Source: Niveibacterium sp. | GTDB lineage: Bacteria; Pseudomonadota; Gammaproteobacteria; Burkholderiales; Rhodocyclaceae | Assembly: GCF_041909475.1 (NCBI RefSeq) | Contig: NZ_JAYRDJ010000019.1 | Location: forward strand, 11,283 to 75,282 | DNA: 64,000 bases | Direction: 5' to 3' | In this document: in pieces, positions 10,336-18,993 of the stretch | Position numbering within the stretch: position 1 is the first letter of the stretch | How the letters are laid out: each line of letters opens with the position of its first letter | Program-made: the position numbers and the translations under genes | The notes under the pieces: generated by a model | What the model was told of the DNA's origin: nothing | The model's database searches: none | Seen by the model: only the letters and a program-made list of their open reading frames with translations

Positions 10336-10463
10336 CATTGGCGGCCGGCATGCTTCGCCGCCGCGGCTGGGCTGCCAAGAAGATCACGCCGCCGCGCACG
10401 CCGCCATGACATGTAGATTTGCCAATGTCATCATCCGGCATTCCCGTTTGAGCCCGTCACCTC

Positions 10464-13343
10464 ATGTCGGTCGCGTCCTTGCTGTCCGCAGTCCTCCCCG
10501 CCTCGCTGTTTTCATCCGAGTCGCGCCTTTACGACTTCGCGCTCGAAGGTGACGCCACGCCGTGGCTCGTTGAGCGCTTCCGCGCACGCGAAGCGCTCTC
10601 CGAACTGTCGAGCTGGCAGATCGATCTGCTGAGTACCGATGCCAACGTCGACACCGGCGCCCTGTTCGGCAAGCAGGCTGCCCTGAGAATCACGCTCGCC
10701 GACGGTGGCCGCATTCAGCGCTCCGGCTACGTCAGCAACGCCGTGCTTCTGGCGGCCAACGGCGGCCTTGCACGCTACCGCTTCACGCTGGTGCCCTGGC
10801 TATGGTTCGCCAACGACACGGCGCAGAGCCGCGTATTCCTCGAACAACCGCTGACGGCAATCATCGAAGCAGTGCTCGCGCCTTACGCGAGCCTGGCGCA
10901 ATGGCGCCTCGCCGACGAGGTGCCCGCCTTCCTCGCCGATCTGCCGCCACGCTCGCTGTGCGTGCAGTACCGCGAAACCGACTACGCCTTCCTCTCACGC
11001 CTGCTCGCCGAAGAGGGCCTCGGCTTCTGCTTCCGCGAGCTGAACGAGGACGGTGCGGCAGCCGAAACGCTCTCGCAACAGGCCCTGCACGAATGGCTGA
11101 TCTTCGCCGACGCCGCAGCGCTGCCGCAGGATCGCTGCGCAGCGTCAGCCGCCGGTGGCGCCGGCCTGCGCTTTCACCGCGCCGCCGCACCGGAGGAGCA
11201 GGACAGCATCCTCGCGTTCGGCGCCGAACGGCGCTTCGCCGCCTCCGTCACCACCCTGCTTTCAACCGACTACAAGGGCGACACCAGCATCAGCGCATCG
11301 CTACCCGCTGCGCGCTCGGTCGGCGGCCCCAACGCGCCAGCGCTGGAGGACTACGACTTCGTTGGCGCCTACGCCTTCGCCAACGCGGGCCTCGCCGAAC
11401 GGTATGCGCGCCTTGCACGTGAAGCGATCGAGGCACGGCAGGAACGCTGGCTCGGTCATGCATCCGTGCGCACCCTACGCCCCGGCACCTGGTTCGATCT
11501 GAAAACAAGCCTCATCGACGACCTCGTGTCACTGCTGCCCGGCGCCGCCAGCGGCAACCAGGCGCGGCGCTTTCTCGTTTGCACCGTCGAAGCGGCCGGC
11601 AAGAACAATCTGCCCGTCGGGCTCGCCGAAGCCGCTGCTCGACTGAGACACGCCGACGACGGCGCGATGGCGCTCTCGCCCGCCTTGCTTGCGGCGAGCG
11701 ACGAACATGGCTTCGCCTGCCACTTCGGCGCGCAACGCGCCGCGATCCCCTGGCACCCGCAACTCACGGATGACACCGGTGCCCGCCTCAACCCGCGCCC
11801 CACCGCGTCCGGCCTGCAGCACGCCGTGGTCGTGGGCGCCAATGGCGAAGAGGTCGCCTCGGGTACGCAGGAGGTGCATACCGATGCGCTGGGCCGCATC
11901 CGTGTGCGCTTCCTGTGGCAGCAGCCGGATGACCCCGCATCATGCTGGGTGCGCGTGGTCACCCGCCACGCAGGGTCGAACGCCGGCACCCGCTTCATCC
12001 CGCGCATCGGGCAGGAAGTCCTGATCAGTTTCATGAACGGCGACATCGATCGGCCGGTGTGCGTCGGCGCGGCCTTCAACGGCCGCGGCGAGAACGGCGT
12101 CGCACCCTCCCCCGGCGGCCGTGCCAGTGCGCCCGATCCGAACGTCTTCACGCTGGCGAACGATCGCGCTGCAAGCGCGCAGGGCAACCTCACTGGGGGC
12201 CATGCACCGCTGTGGCATGCCGCCGGTGCGGGCGATGCGAACCACCGCAACGCGGGCGCGCTCTCCGGCATCCGCAGTCGTGCCTGGGGGGGTGGCGGCT
12301 GGAGCGAGCTGGTGTTCGACGACTCCGACAATCAGCTGCGCACGCAAGTCAGCACCACACAGCAGGCAACAAGCCTCGCGCTGGGTCACCTGATCCACAC
12401 CCGTGACAACTATCGCGGCAGCTTCCGCGGCAAGGGCTTCGAGCTGCGCACCGACGCTTACGGCGCGATCAACGGCGGACGTGGCGTCCTGCTCTCCACC
12501 TACGCACAGCGCGGCAGCGAAGTTGCAGGCGACAACGCGGCCGGCGTCGCGCTCGCGCGCCAGGCACAGAAGCTGGCCGAAGCGATGAACAGCGCCGCGA
12601 AGACGCATCAGACGGTGCCCTACGCGAGCCATGTCGGGGCAGTACGCGCCAACGCCTGCACCCTGACGCCGCAAAAGTCGCTCGCCGCCGCACTCACCGA
12701 AGCGCTCTCCGGTTGCGTCGCCCCGGAAGACCTCGGCGCCGCCTACAGCGATGCCGCGCTACCGATCAAGAAGCAAGGCGTGCCACACAGCGCTGCAGCG
12801 CTGCTCGCCATCTCCGGCAAAGCCGGCATCGCGCTCACCGCCGCCGACAGCATCACGCTCGCCGCCAACGAAACGGCCTTGTTCGCCACTGGCGCGAATC
12901 AGGAGTGGGTTACGCAAGGCAACACGCGGCTGCATACCGGCCAGACGCTTGGCATCCTCGCCGGTGCCGAAAAGGCAGGAGAGGGCGGCATGGGCCTGTC
13001 GATGATCGCCGGCGCCGGCCCGCTGCGGCTCGAAGCCCACAGCGACATCCTGCAGATCGCGGCGAAGGACGATCTGAAGATCCTCTCCGCCAACGCCTCC
13101 GCCGACTTCGCCGCCGCCAAGAAGATCCACCTCGCCACCGCCGGTGGCGCAGCGATCACCATCGAAGGCGGCAACATCACGGTGCAGTGTCCGGGGACGC
13201 TCACGGTGCATGCGAGTCAGAAGAGCTTTGCGGGGCCCGGCAAGCTGAACCCGCCCTTGCCCGATTTTCCGAAGTCGATCTGCGTGGAATGCATGATGAA
13301 GGCAATGCAGAACGGCGCGCCGTTTGCGCGGCAAGGAGCTTGA
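10464..13343 (+). CDS. vgrG: Type VI secretion spike protein VgrG with T6SS_Vgr/DUF2345-type C-terminus
   Basis: CVQYRETDYAFLSRLLAEEG, VHTDALGRIRVRFLW, FIPRIGQEVLISF.NGDIDRP, SEL.FDD, GFELRTD, C-terminal ICVEC. Confidence 0.95.
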   Translation: MSVASLLSAVLPASLFSSESRLYDFALEGDATPWLVERFRAREALSELSSWQIDLLSTDANVDTGALFGKQAALRITLADGGRIQRSGYVSNAVLLAANGGLARYRFTLVPWLWFANDTAQSRVFLEQPLTAIIEAVLAPYASLAQWRLADEVPAFLADLPPRSLCVQYRETDYAFLSRLLAEEGLGFCFRELNEDGAAAETLSQQALHEWLIFADAAALPQDRCAASAAGGAGLRFHRAAAPEEQDSILAFGAERRFAASVTTLLSTDYKGDTSISASLPAARSVGGPNAPALEDYDFVGAYAFANAGLAERYARLAREAIEARQERWLGHASVRTLRPGTWFDLKTSLIDDLVSLLPGAASGNQARRFLVCTVEAAGKNNLPVGLAEAAARLRHADDGAMALSPALLAASDEHGFACHFGAQRAAIPWHPQLTDDTGARLNPRPTASGLQHAVVVGANGEEVASGTQEVHTDALGRIRVRFLWQQPDDPASCWVRVVTRHAGSNAGTRFIPRIGQEVLISFMNGDIDRPVCVGAAFNGRGENGVAPSPGGRASAPDPNVFTLANDRAASAQGNLTGGHAPLWHAAGAGDANHRNAGALSGIRSRAWGGGGWSELVFDDSDNQLRTQVSTTQQATSLALGHLIHTRDNYRGSFRGKGFELRTDAYGAINGGRGVLLSTYAQRGSEVAGDNAAGVALARQAQKLAEAMNSAAKTHQTVPYASHVGAVRANACTLTPQKSLAAALTEALSGCVAPEDLGAAYSDAALPIKKQGVPHSAAALLAISGKAGIALTAADSITLAANETALFATGANQEWVTQGNTRLHTGQTLGILAGAEKAGEGGMGLSMIAGAGPLRLEAHSDILQIAAKDDLKILSANASADFAAAKKIHLATAGGAAITIEGGNITVQCPGTLTVHASQKSFAGPGKLNPPLPDFPKSICVECMMKAMQNGAPFARQGA

Positions 13344-13344
13344 A

Positions 13345-14142
13345 ATGCGGATTGATCCCTTGCCCCCTTCGAACATCGCGGTGCTGACCGAGGCGCTGCG
13401 TCGACACACCTGCGCGGTGGATACATCGGATGCGCCCGACGCACACATCTACGCCGTGGTGGACCAACTGTTTTTGCCTGACGCAGAAAGTCGGCGCCGA
13501 CTGGCCATTTCGCAATGGCCAAACCACAACTTGCTGGACCACCTTGGCGGTGCTGGCGACCATCACTCCGTGTTTCTGGTTGCACTGCCCAAGAACGGCG
13601 AGCGCTTGAGCGCCGCCATCAGAAGACTCTGCCAAGCGTGCGACGGGCGGCCGATGCTGAGCTTTGTCGTATCGCGCGCGCCATTCGCGGCACTCGCCGA
13701 ACATCTACGCAAGTACACGGAAGCCCGCCTGGCGCCGGACGACGACGAGTACCTGCTTCGCATCGGGGATACCCGCGTTCTGAGCGCCATTCTCAACAGC
13801 CTGGGCGATGCTCAACGCGTGACCCTGCTCGCGCCTCTAATTGCCTGGCTGCACATTGACCGCAACGGAAGCCTCATTGAAACCCCCGGTCTTGACAGCC
13901 CCGACCGGCTGGCGCACGACATGCCACACCTCGCTCCTGAGCACTGGCAAGCGCTGATCGACGCGGCCTGGCCTGATGCCGTCCTCGCGCAACTTGATCC
14001 ACTGGCACCCGCCGCATGGCAGGCGGATCTGCCATCGCGGCGGCACGCCGCCGTCACGCAGTGGCTGATGGAAGCCACAGAGATTGGGCATGACGACCCG
14101 GCAACGCAGATTGCATACTGCCTGAGCCAGCTAGAAATCTGA
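13345..14142 (+). CDS. DUF4123-family T6SS effector adaptor/chaperone (Tap/Tec-like)
   Basis: YAVVD, LAEHLRK, YLLRIGDTRVL (family LR..D.RVL motif), LLAPL.AW; directly after vgrG. Confidence 0.8.
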   Translation: MRIDPLPPSNIAVLTEALRRHTCAVDTSDAPDAHIYAVVDQLFLPDAESRRRLAISQWPNHNLLDHLGGAGDHHSVFLVALPKNGERLSAAIRRLCQACDGRPMLSFVVSRAPFAALAEHLRKYTEARLAPDDDEYLLRIGDTRVLSAILNSLGDAQRVTLLAPLIAWLHIDRNGSLIETPGLDSPDRLAHDMPHLAPEHWQALIDAAWPDAVLAQLDPLAPAAWQADLPSRRHAAVTQWLMEATEIGHDDPATQIAYCLSQLEI

Positions 14143-14160
14143 TCGAACAAAAGACACCCC

Positions 14161-14865
14161 ATGGCACCGTCCAAAACCCAACACCTTTGCTGCGGTTTGC
14201 TTATTGCCTTTGGCATCACCATCCCCCGCGCTTGCAATCCACTCGACTCTGCGTCCAGCGAGAAAAAGGAAGGCCCGAACACCTTTACGGCGTCGACCTA
14301 TTCGCTCAACTACAGCAGCAAGTATTTCTTTGATTACACGGTTTACGACACAACCGATAGCAAAATGCCCGCGATTGGTGGCGCGGCGGTCGACCCTTTG
14401 GGGGGCGGAGACCAGGGCTGCTGCATCGCTTTGCCGAAGATGTGGCGCCCCGGATTGAAGGTACTGATCAAATGGAGTTACGCGGACCGCGAAAAGATCC
14501 ACGAAGCGTACTCACGGGAATTCGAAATCCCGCGCTACGCTGAACCTGGCAACCTGTTCGTGACGTTCTACGACGCCAATGACGTCGAACTGGTCGTATC
14601 CCGCTACGAAGCAGGCCATCCGCAATGGCCGGGGCGGATCAAGACCGACCCGATGAGCCATTGCCTCGCGACCGAAGCCAACAAGAAACAGTGTGAGCAG
14701 TGGTCGGCCAGGAACATGACCAGGCCATCCCCGCAGGTGCTGCTAAAGCACTGCAATTTTCAGAACCCGAGTGAGGCATGCCAGTTCTTAATCTCCAGTT
14801 GTGTCGAGGAATTTGGAGAAGAGGCGTGCTCTGAGAAATCGGTCAGTGGTGGAGACGATAAGTGA
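14161..14865 (+). CDS. DUF3304-like T6SS immunity protein, copy 1 (Tli1-like)
   Basis: NY..Y...Y, GGG..GCCIALPK.WRPGLKV.IKW, IPRY.EPG.L.VTFY, HPQWP; upstream of a DUF2235 effector. Confidence 0.8.
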   Translation: MAPSKTQHLCCGLLIAFGITIPRACNPLDSASSEKKEGPNTFTASTYSLNYSSKYFFDYTVYDTTDSKMPAIGGAAVDPLGGGDQGCCIALPKMWRPGLKVLIKWSYADREKIHEAYSREFEIPRYAEPGNLFVTFYDANDVELVVSRYEAGHPQWPGRIKTDPMSHCLATEANKKQCEQWSARNMTRPSPQVLLKHCNFQNPSEACQFLISSCVEEFGEEACSEKSVSGGDDK

Positions 14866-15098
14866 ACGTTCGCTTGGCAGAGCCCTGCAGGGAAACGCAC
14901 CTCGAACCAACTCCGACAGAGTGGGCAATAAGGCGCAAACTCGAACCACCTATCTTCCCTTGCAAAGCCGACCCTGCCCCATGCCATCAAGAAATCTTCT
15001 TAAGCTTTTTCTTCGACGGCACGAACAACAACAAGTACCGCGATACGCCCAATCAAGCGCAAAGCAACGTCGCACGCCTGTTCGAAGCCTGCATCGGC
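14862..15098 (+). pseudogene. 5' fragment (79 codons) of a Tle1/DUF2235 effector, read in frame into immunity copy 2
   Basis: Ungapped match to residues 1-79 of 15824..18223; residues 45-79 identical; no catalytic motifs. Confidence 0.9.
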
Positions 15099-15128
15099 GG
15101 CCCGCGCAAATCAAACTCCGGAGATCCG

Positions 15129-15827
15129 ATGCACAAGAAAAGCATGCTCCTGGCTCTTGCCGCTTGCGTGATCGCCCTCAGCGCCTGCAAGCCGATCAGC
15201 TCTGTTTCTAGCGAGAAGAATAAGAAAGAAGATCCGAATACCTTTACGGCGTCGACCTATTCGCTCAACTACAGCAGCAAGTATTTCTTTGATTACACGG
15301 TGTATGACGCAACGGTACCGACGTTGCCGGCCATCGGCGGTGCGTCGGTGACCCCTCTGGGCGGGGGCGATCAAGGCTGTTGCATCGCTCTGCCCAAAGT
15401 GTGGCGCCCCGGACTGAAGGTGCTGATCAAGTGGAGCAATAGCGACCGGGACAAAACCTTCGACGAGTACTCGCGGGAGTTCGAGATCCCGCGCTACACC
15501 GAGCCGGGCAACCTGTTCGTCACGTTCTACGACGCGAATGACGTTGAGCTGGTCGTCTCCCGCTATGAAGCAGGCCATCCACAATGGCCGGGGCGGATAA
15601 AGGCCGACCCGATGAGCTATTGCCTCGCAACCGAGTCAAAGACGAGACAGTGCGAGCAATGGTCGGCGCGGAACATGACGCGAATGCAACCACCACAGCT
15701 ACTCGAAGGTTGCGATCTGCACAACCCAGACGACATCTGCAAGGATTTGTTAAGGAGTTGCATCGTCGAGTTCGGTCCGGAAGCCTGTTCTGAAGAGGGC
15801 ATTAAAACCGCGAAGGAAGTGCAATGA
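15129..15827 (+). CDS. DUF3304-like T6SS immunity lipoprotein, copy 2
   Basis: GGAG RBS, MHKKSMLLALAACVIALSA-C lipobox, core close to copy 1. Confidence 0.85.
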   Translation: MHKKSMLLALAACVIALSACKPISSVSSEKNKKEDPNTFTASTYSLNYSSKYFFDYTVYDATVPTLPAIGGASVTPLGGGDQGCCIALPKVWRPGLKVLIKWSNSDRDKTFDEYSREFEIPRYTEPGNLFVTFYDANDVELVVSRYEAGHPQWPGRIKADPMSYCLATESKTRQCEQWSARNMTRMQPPQLLEGCDLHNPDDICKDLLRSCIVEFGPEACSEEGIKTAKEVQ

Positions 15828-18223
15828 GCGTCCGTCTTGCGGAACCATGCAGAGATCAACCGCTCTCGTTTACGAAGGCCGAACGCTCAATCGCACTGCA
15901 ACTCAATCCCGCTCAAATCTGCACAAAGAACAACCCCGCCCCCTGCAATCAGGACATCTTCCTGAGCTTTTTCTTCGACGGTACGAACAACAACAAGTAC
16001 CGCGACACGCCCAATCAAGCGCAGAGCAACGTCGCACGCCTGTTCGAAGCCTGCATCGGCACCCCGACGCTGATCAAACCGACTTACGGCGGTGAGGCGG
16101 ACAAGCCGGATTTGAATGGAGCGCCAACAGGCGCAGAGGCGTACTACCGCAAGACCTACATTCCCGGGCTCGGCACCGCGTTCAAAGAAATCGATGACAG
16201 TGGCGTAGGGGCGGACCGTACCGGCGGGCTGGCCGCAGCGCTGCAAGGGGAGGCTCGCGTGGTGTGGGCGCTGCTGCAGGTGACCGAACACTTGCACGTG
16301 ATCCTTTCCGGGGGCAGCTCGATTGCGGGCGCCGCAAACGACGGCAACGTCGCGCGGCAATGCCAGACGAGCCAGGTCATGGTGCGGAACCTGGGCGACG
16401 CGCTGATTGCCGGCCTATCCGTGGCGCCGCCAGCCGAGCGCGCCAAAGCGCTTGCGCGAATGAGCGCACGGCAACAGCGGCTTGAAGTGCTGCAAGGGCG
16501 GGCAAAGACGCTTGAAGCGTCCAATCCAGTCAAGACGAGGCTGACCACCAAGAGCAAGCCCAAGATCACCCGCATCCGGATTTCGGTCTTTGGCTTCTCA
16601 CGAGGCGCAGCCGAAGCGCGCGTCTTTGTGAACTGGCTGCTGGAGGCTTACGGAAGCCGCATTGCGGGCATCCCGTTGCAGATCGACTTCCTCGGCGTGT
16701 TCGATACCGTTGCGTCGGTGGGCCTCGCGCACGGCGTACTGGTGGCCGACGGCCACATGGGCTGGGCGGATGGCGAGAACATGGTCGTACCCGAATCAGT
16801 CAGGCGCTGTGTTCACCTGGCTGCGGCACACGAAGTGCGCGGCAGCTTCCCGCTCGACTCGGTGTGTATCGGCGACGAATTGCCATCGAACTGCAAGGAG
16901 ATCATCTACCCCGGAGTCCACTCGGATGTGGGGGGTGGATATCCGCCGCACGACCAAGGGCGCTCGACAAGCGATGCAGACAAACTCTCACAGATCCCGC
17001 TGGCGCAGATGTATCGCGAGGCACTCATCGCAGGGGTGCCGCTGAGGCTTGAGGCAGACCTCGGTGCAAAGGTCAAAGCAACGTTCAATATCTCCGAGTC
17101 GCTTAAGAGCGCATTCAACGCCTACATCGCCGCAACCCGAACCGGCAAGGTCGCACCAGCGGGCATGAAGGACCCGATGTTCCCGGAAGAAACGCAGCCC
17201 GCAGGGACCGTCGAGCAGATCATGCACAAGCAGTACGGCCACTACCTTGCATGGCGCAAGCTGAGGCTTGGCAACATCCATGCACAGAAGAACGTGCAGG
17301 AGGCGAGAACGGGCTCGCGCGTGCAAGACATTGCCGACCTTAAACTCGCGGACGAAGAGTTGCGCGAAGAGCTCGCCCTGCTGAACACGCCGGTATGGCG
17401 ACGCGCGCTTTCGGCCACTTCCCTGCTGGGCGCCATTGAAGCAGCCGCTCAGCAAGAAAAGTTCGCAGACTGGGGCGAGATTCGTCCGATCTGGGAGCAC
17501 GCCCATCTCACTCCGCAGAATGACCAGGCGGTCATCGAACTCTTCGATCGCTATGTCCATGACTCGCGCGCGTGGTTCAAGATTCTCGCGAGCGATGATG
17601 CAGACTGGTTCGACAGTGTCGGCCCGAACGGAGAAAAGAAAGAAGGCGAGCTCGCAAGAAAGACCAAGGCAAGAATCAAAGAGCTTGAGCAGGAGCGGGC
17701 GCAACTGGTGCGCAACGCCGAGCAGCTGCGCGCTGCAAAACCGCAAACTGTGTCCGCCGTTGGCAATTTGGCGACAGCGCGCTCCGGGCCGGCTTACAAC
17801 GTGATGGTAGCCCCCCAGTCGGACCAAATGCGTGCCCAGTGGCTGGCCGCCACCGAAGCGCGAATCGCGGCATGCGACAAGGAAATCGCCGCCTACAAGA
17901 ACGGCACAAAGACCTTCCTGAACCGCGGCGCGATGAATCACGAGATGTATTCGATGTGGGGCTACCTGCGCTGGCGCCGTATCTACACGACCGGTTCGCC
18001 ACGCCCGCCCAAGCTCGTGTACAAGCCTGTCGATCGTGCCGCGGCGCTCAAAGCGCTGGATCAACGCCAGCGCGACTACATGGCCGCATTGCGCAAGGGG
18101 ATTGATGAGGCGCGCGCAAACGTTCAGGCGCAGAACGGTGATTTGGCGGCCTTCGACCGTTCACAGCAGTACATCATGGAATACACCAGCGCATGGATGG
18201 CCAAGGAGCGGGCGGCAATCTGA
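15824..18223 (+). CDS. tle1: T6SS phospholipase effector, Tle1 / DUF2235 family
   Basis: FFDGT, GFSRGA (GxSxG), FLGVFDTV, HSDVGGGY motifs giving a Ser-Asp-His triad; vgrG/adaptor/immunity context. Confidence 0.9.
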   Translation: MSVRLAEPCRDQPLSFTKAERSIALQLNPAQICTKNNPAPCNQDIFLSFFFDGTNNNKYRDTPNQAQSNVARLFEACIGTPTLIKPTYGGEADKPDLNGAPTGAEAYYRKTYIPGLGTAFKEIDDSGVGADRTGGLAAALQGEARVVWALLQVTEHLHVILSGGSSIAGAANDGNVARQCQTSQVMVRNLGDALIAGLSVAPPAERAKALARMSARQQRLEVLQGRAKTLEASNPVKTRLTTKSKPKITRIRISVFGFSRGAAEARVFVNWLLEAYGSRIAGIPLQIDFLGVFDTVASVGLAHGVLVADGHMGWADGENMVVPESVRRCVHLAAAHEVRGSFPLDSVCIGDELPSNCKEIIYPGVHSDVGGGYPPHDQGRSTSDADKLSQIPLAQMYREALIAGVPLRLEADLGAKVKATFNISESLKSAFNAYIAATRTGKVAPAGMKDPMFPEETQPAGTVEQIMHKQYGHYLAWRKLRLGNIHAQKNVQEARTGSRVQDIADLKLADEELREELALLNTPVWRRALSATSLLGAIEAAAQQEKFADWGEIRPIWEHAHLTPQNDQAVIELFDRYVHDSRAWFKILASDDADWFDSVGPNGEKKEGELARKTKARIKELEQERAQLVRNAEQLRAAKPQTVSAVGNLATARSGPAYNVMVAPQSDQMRAQWLAATEARIAACDKEIAAYKNGTKTFLNRGAMNHEMYSMWGYLRWRRIYTTGSPRPPKLVYKPVDRAAALKALDQRQRDYMAALRKGIDEARANVQAQNGDLAAFDRSQQYIMEYTSAWMAKERAAI

Positions 18224-18298
18224 AGCCAAGCACCATGCTTGTTGCCGCGCGCTGTTTCCCTGTGCCGGACGTTCAGTCGAATGAGAACCCCGAGAGAA

Positions 18299-18862
18299 AT
18301 GAACAAACACTTGAAGTGGACCACCCGCTGCGCACTTTCGGTGCTCGCACTGTCACTCATCGTCGGCGGTTGCAAGAGCCGCGAGGAGCAGTTGGAAGCC
18401 GAGCGTACGCAAGGCGCCAAGTTGGTGGAGGACCAGGCTGCCAAAGCAAAGGGCATCGGCCAGGCGCTTCAAAATGATGGTCAGAAGGCAGCCGAAGAGG
18501 TTGCGGCAGGTGTCGGCAAGGTATTCAGCGGTGTCACGCAAGGCCTGGACCGCGCGGCCGAAGTGCACATCGTCGTGGATGGTGGCGCAGAAAAGCTCGG
18601 GCTGAAGAGTGAACGGGCCGTGTTGGAAGTTGGATCCTCCGGCTCGAAGAATGCACTGAAGGCTTACGTGCTGGCATCGCAGAAGTTCAAGGGCACGCTA
18701 CACGTACGCGGGCTTGACGCACATAACCGTGAAGTGGGTCGCAGCGCAAAGGTCGAATACGCGTTGGACGCGGACGACGCGCAGTATCTGCATTTTGAGT
18801 TCGACGCCGCGACGCCCATGACGCGCGTCGCGAAATGGGTGCTGTGGGCAACAGCCTCCTGA
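18299..18862 (+). CDS. Hypothetical lipoprotein
   Basis: MNKHLKW...LSLIVGG-C lipobox; helical N-half, beta-rich C-half. Confidence 0.7.
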   Translation: MNKHLKWTTRCALSVLALSLIVGGCKSREEQLEAERTQGAKLVEDQAAKAKGIGQALQNDGQKAAEEVAAGVGKVFSGVTQGLDRAAEVHIVVDGGAEKLGLKSERAVLEVGSSGSKNALKAYVLASQKFKGTLHVRGLDAHNREVGRSAKVEYALDADDAQYLHFEFDAATPMTRVAKWVLWATAS

Positions 18863-18993
18863 GCTGAGAGGCGATCGGACATAACAACGGCGGCGCGCGC
18901 CGCCTCGGCCGCCAACGCGATCGCCTTGTCGCGCTCTGTGCGCCATCGCGACTTTGCGGCACACTGAGGCGACTCCCTTTTTCGCTCGCCGCA

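Noticed and set aside
13300-13343. CxxC at the VgrG C-terminus as a possible evolved effector domain
   Set aside because: Too short; a similar ICVEC-type tail is, from memory, common in DUF2345-type VgrG proteins.
14862-15827. Treating the 321-aa ORF as one ordinary gene
   Set aside because: It is a composite of an effector 5' fragment and an immunity gene with its own RBS and lipobox; annotated as two features and discussed as a finding.
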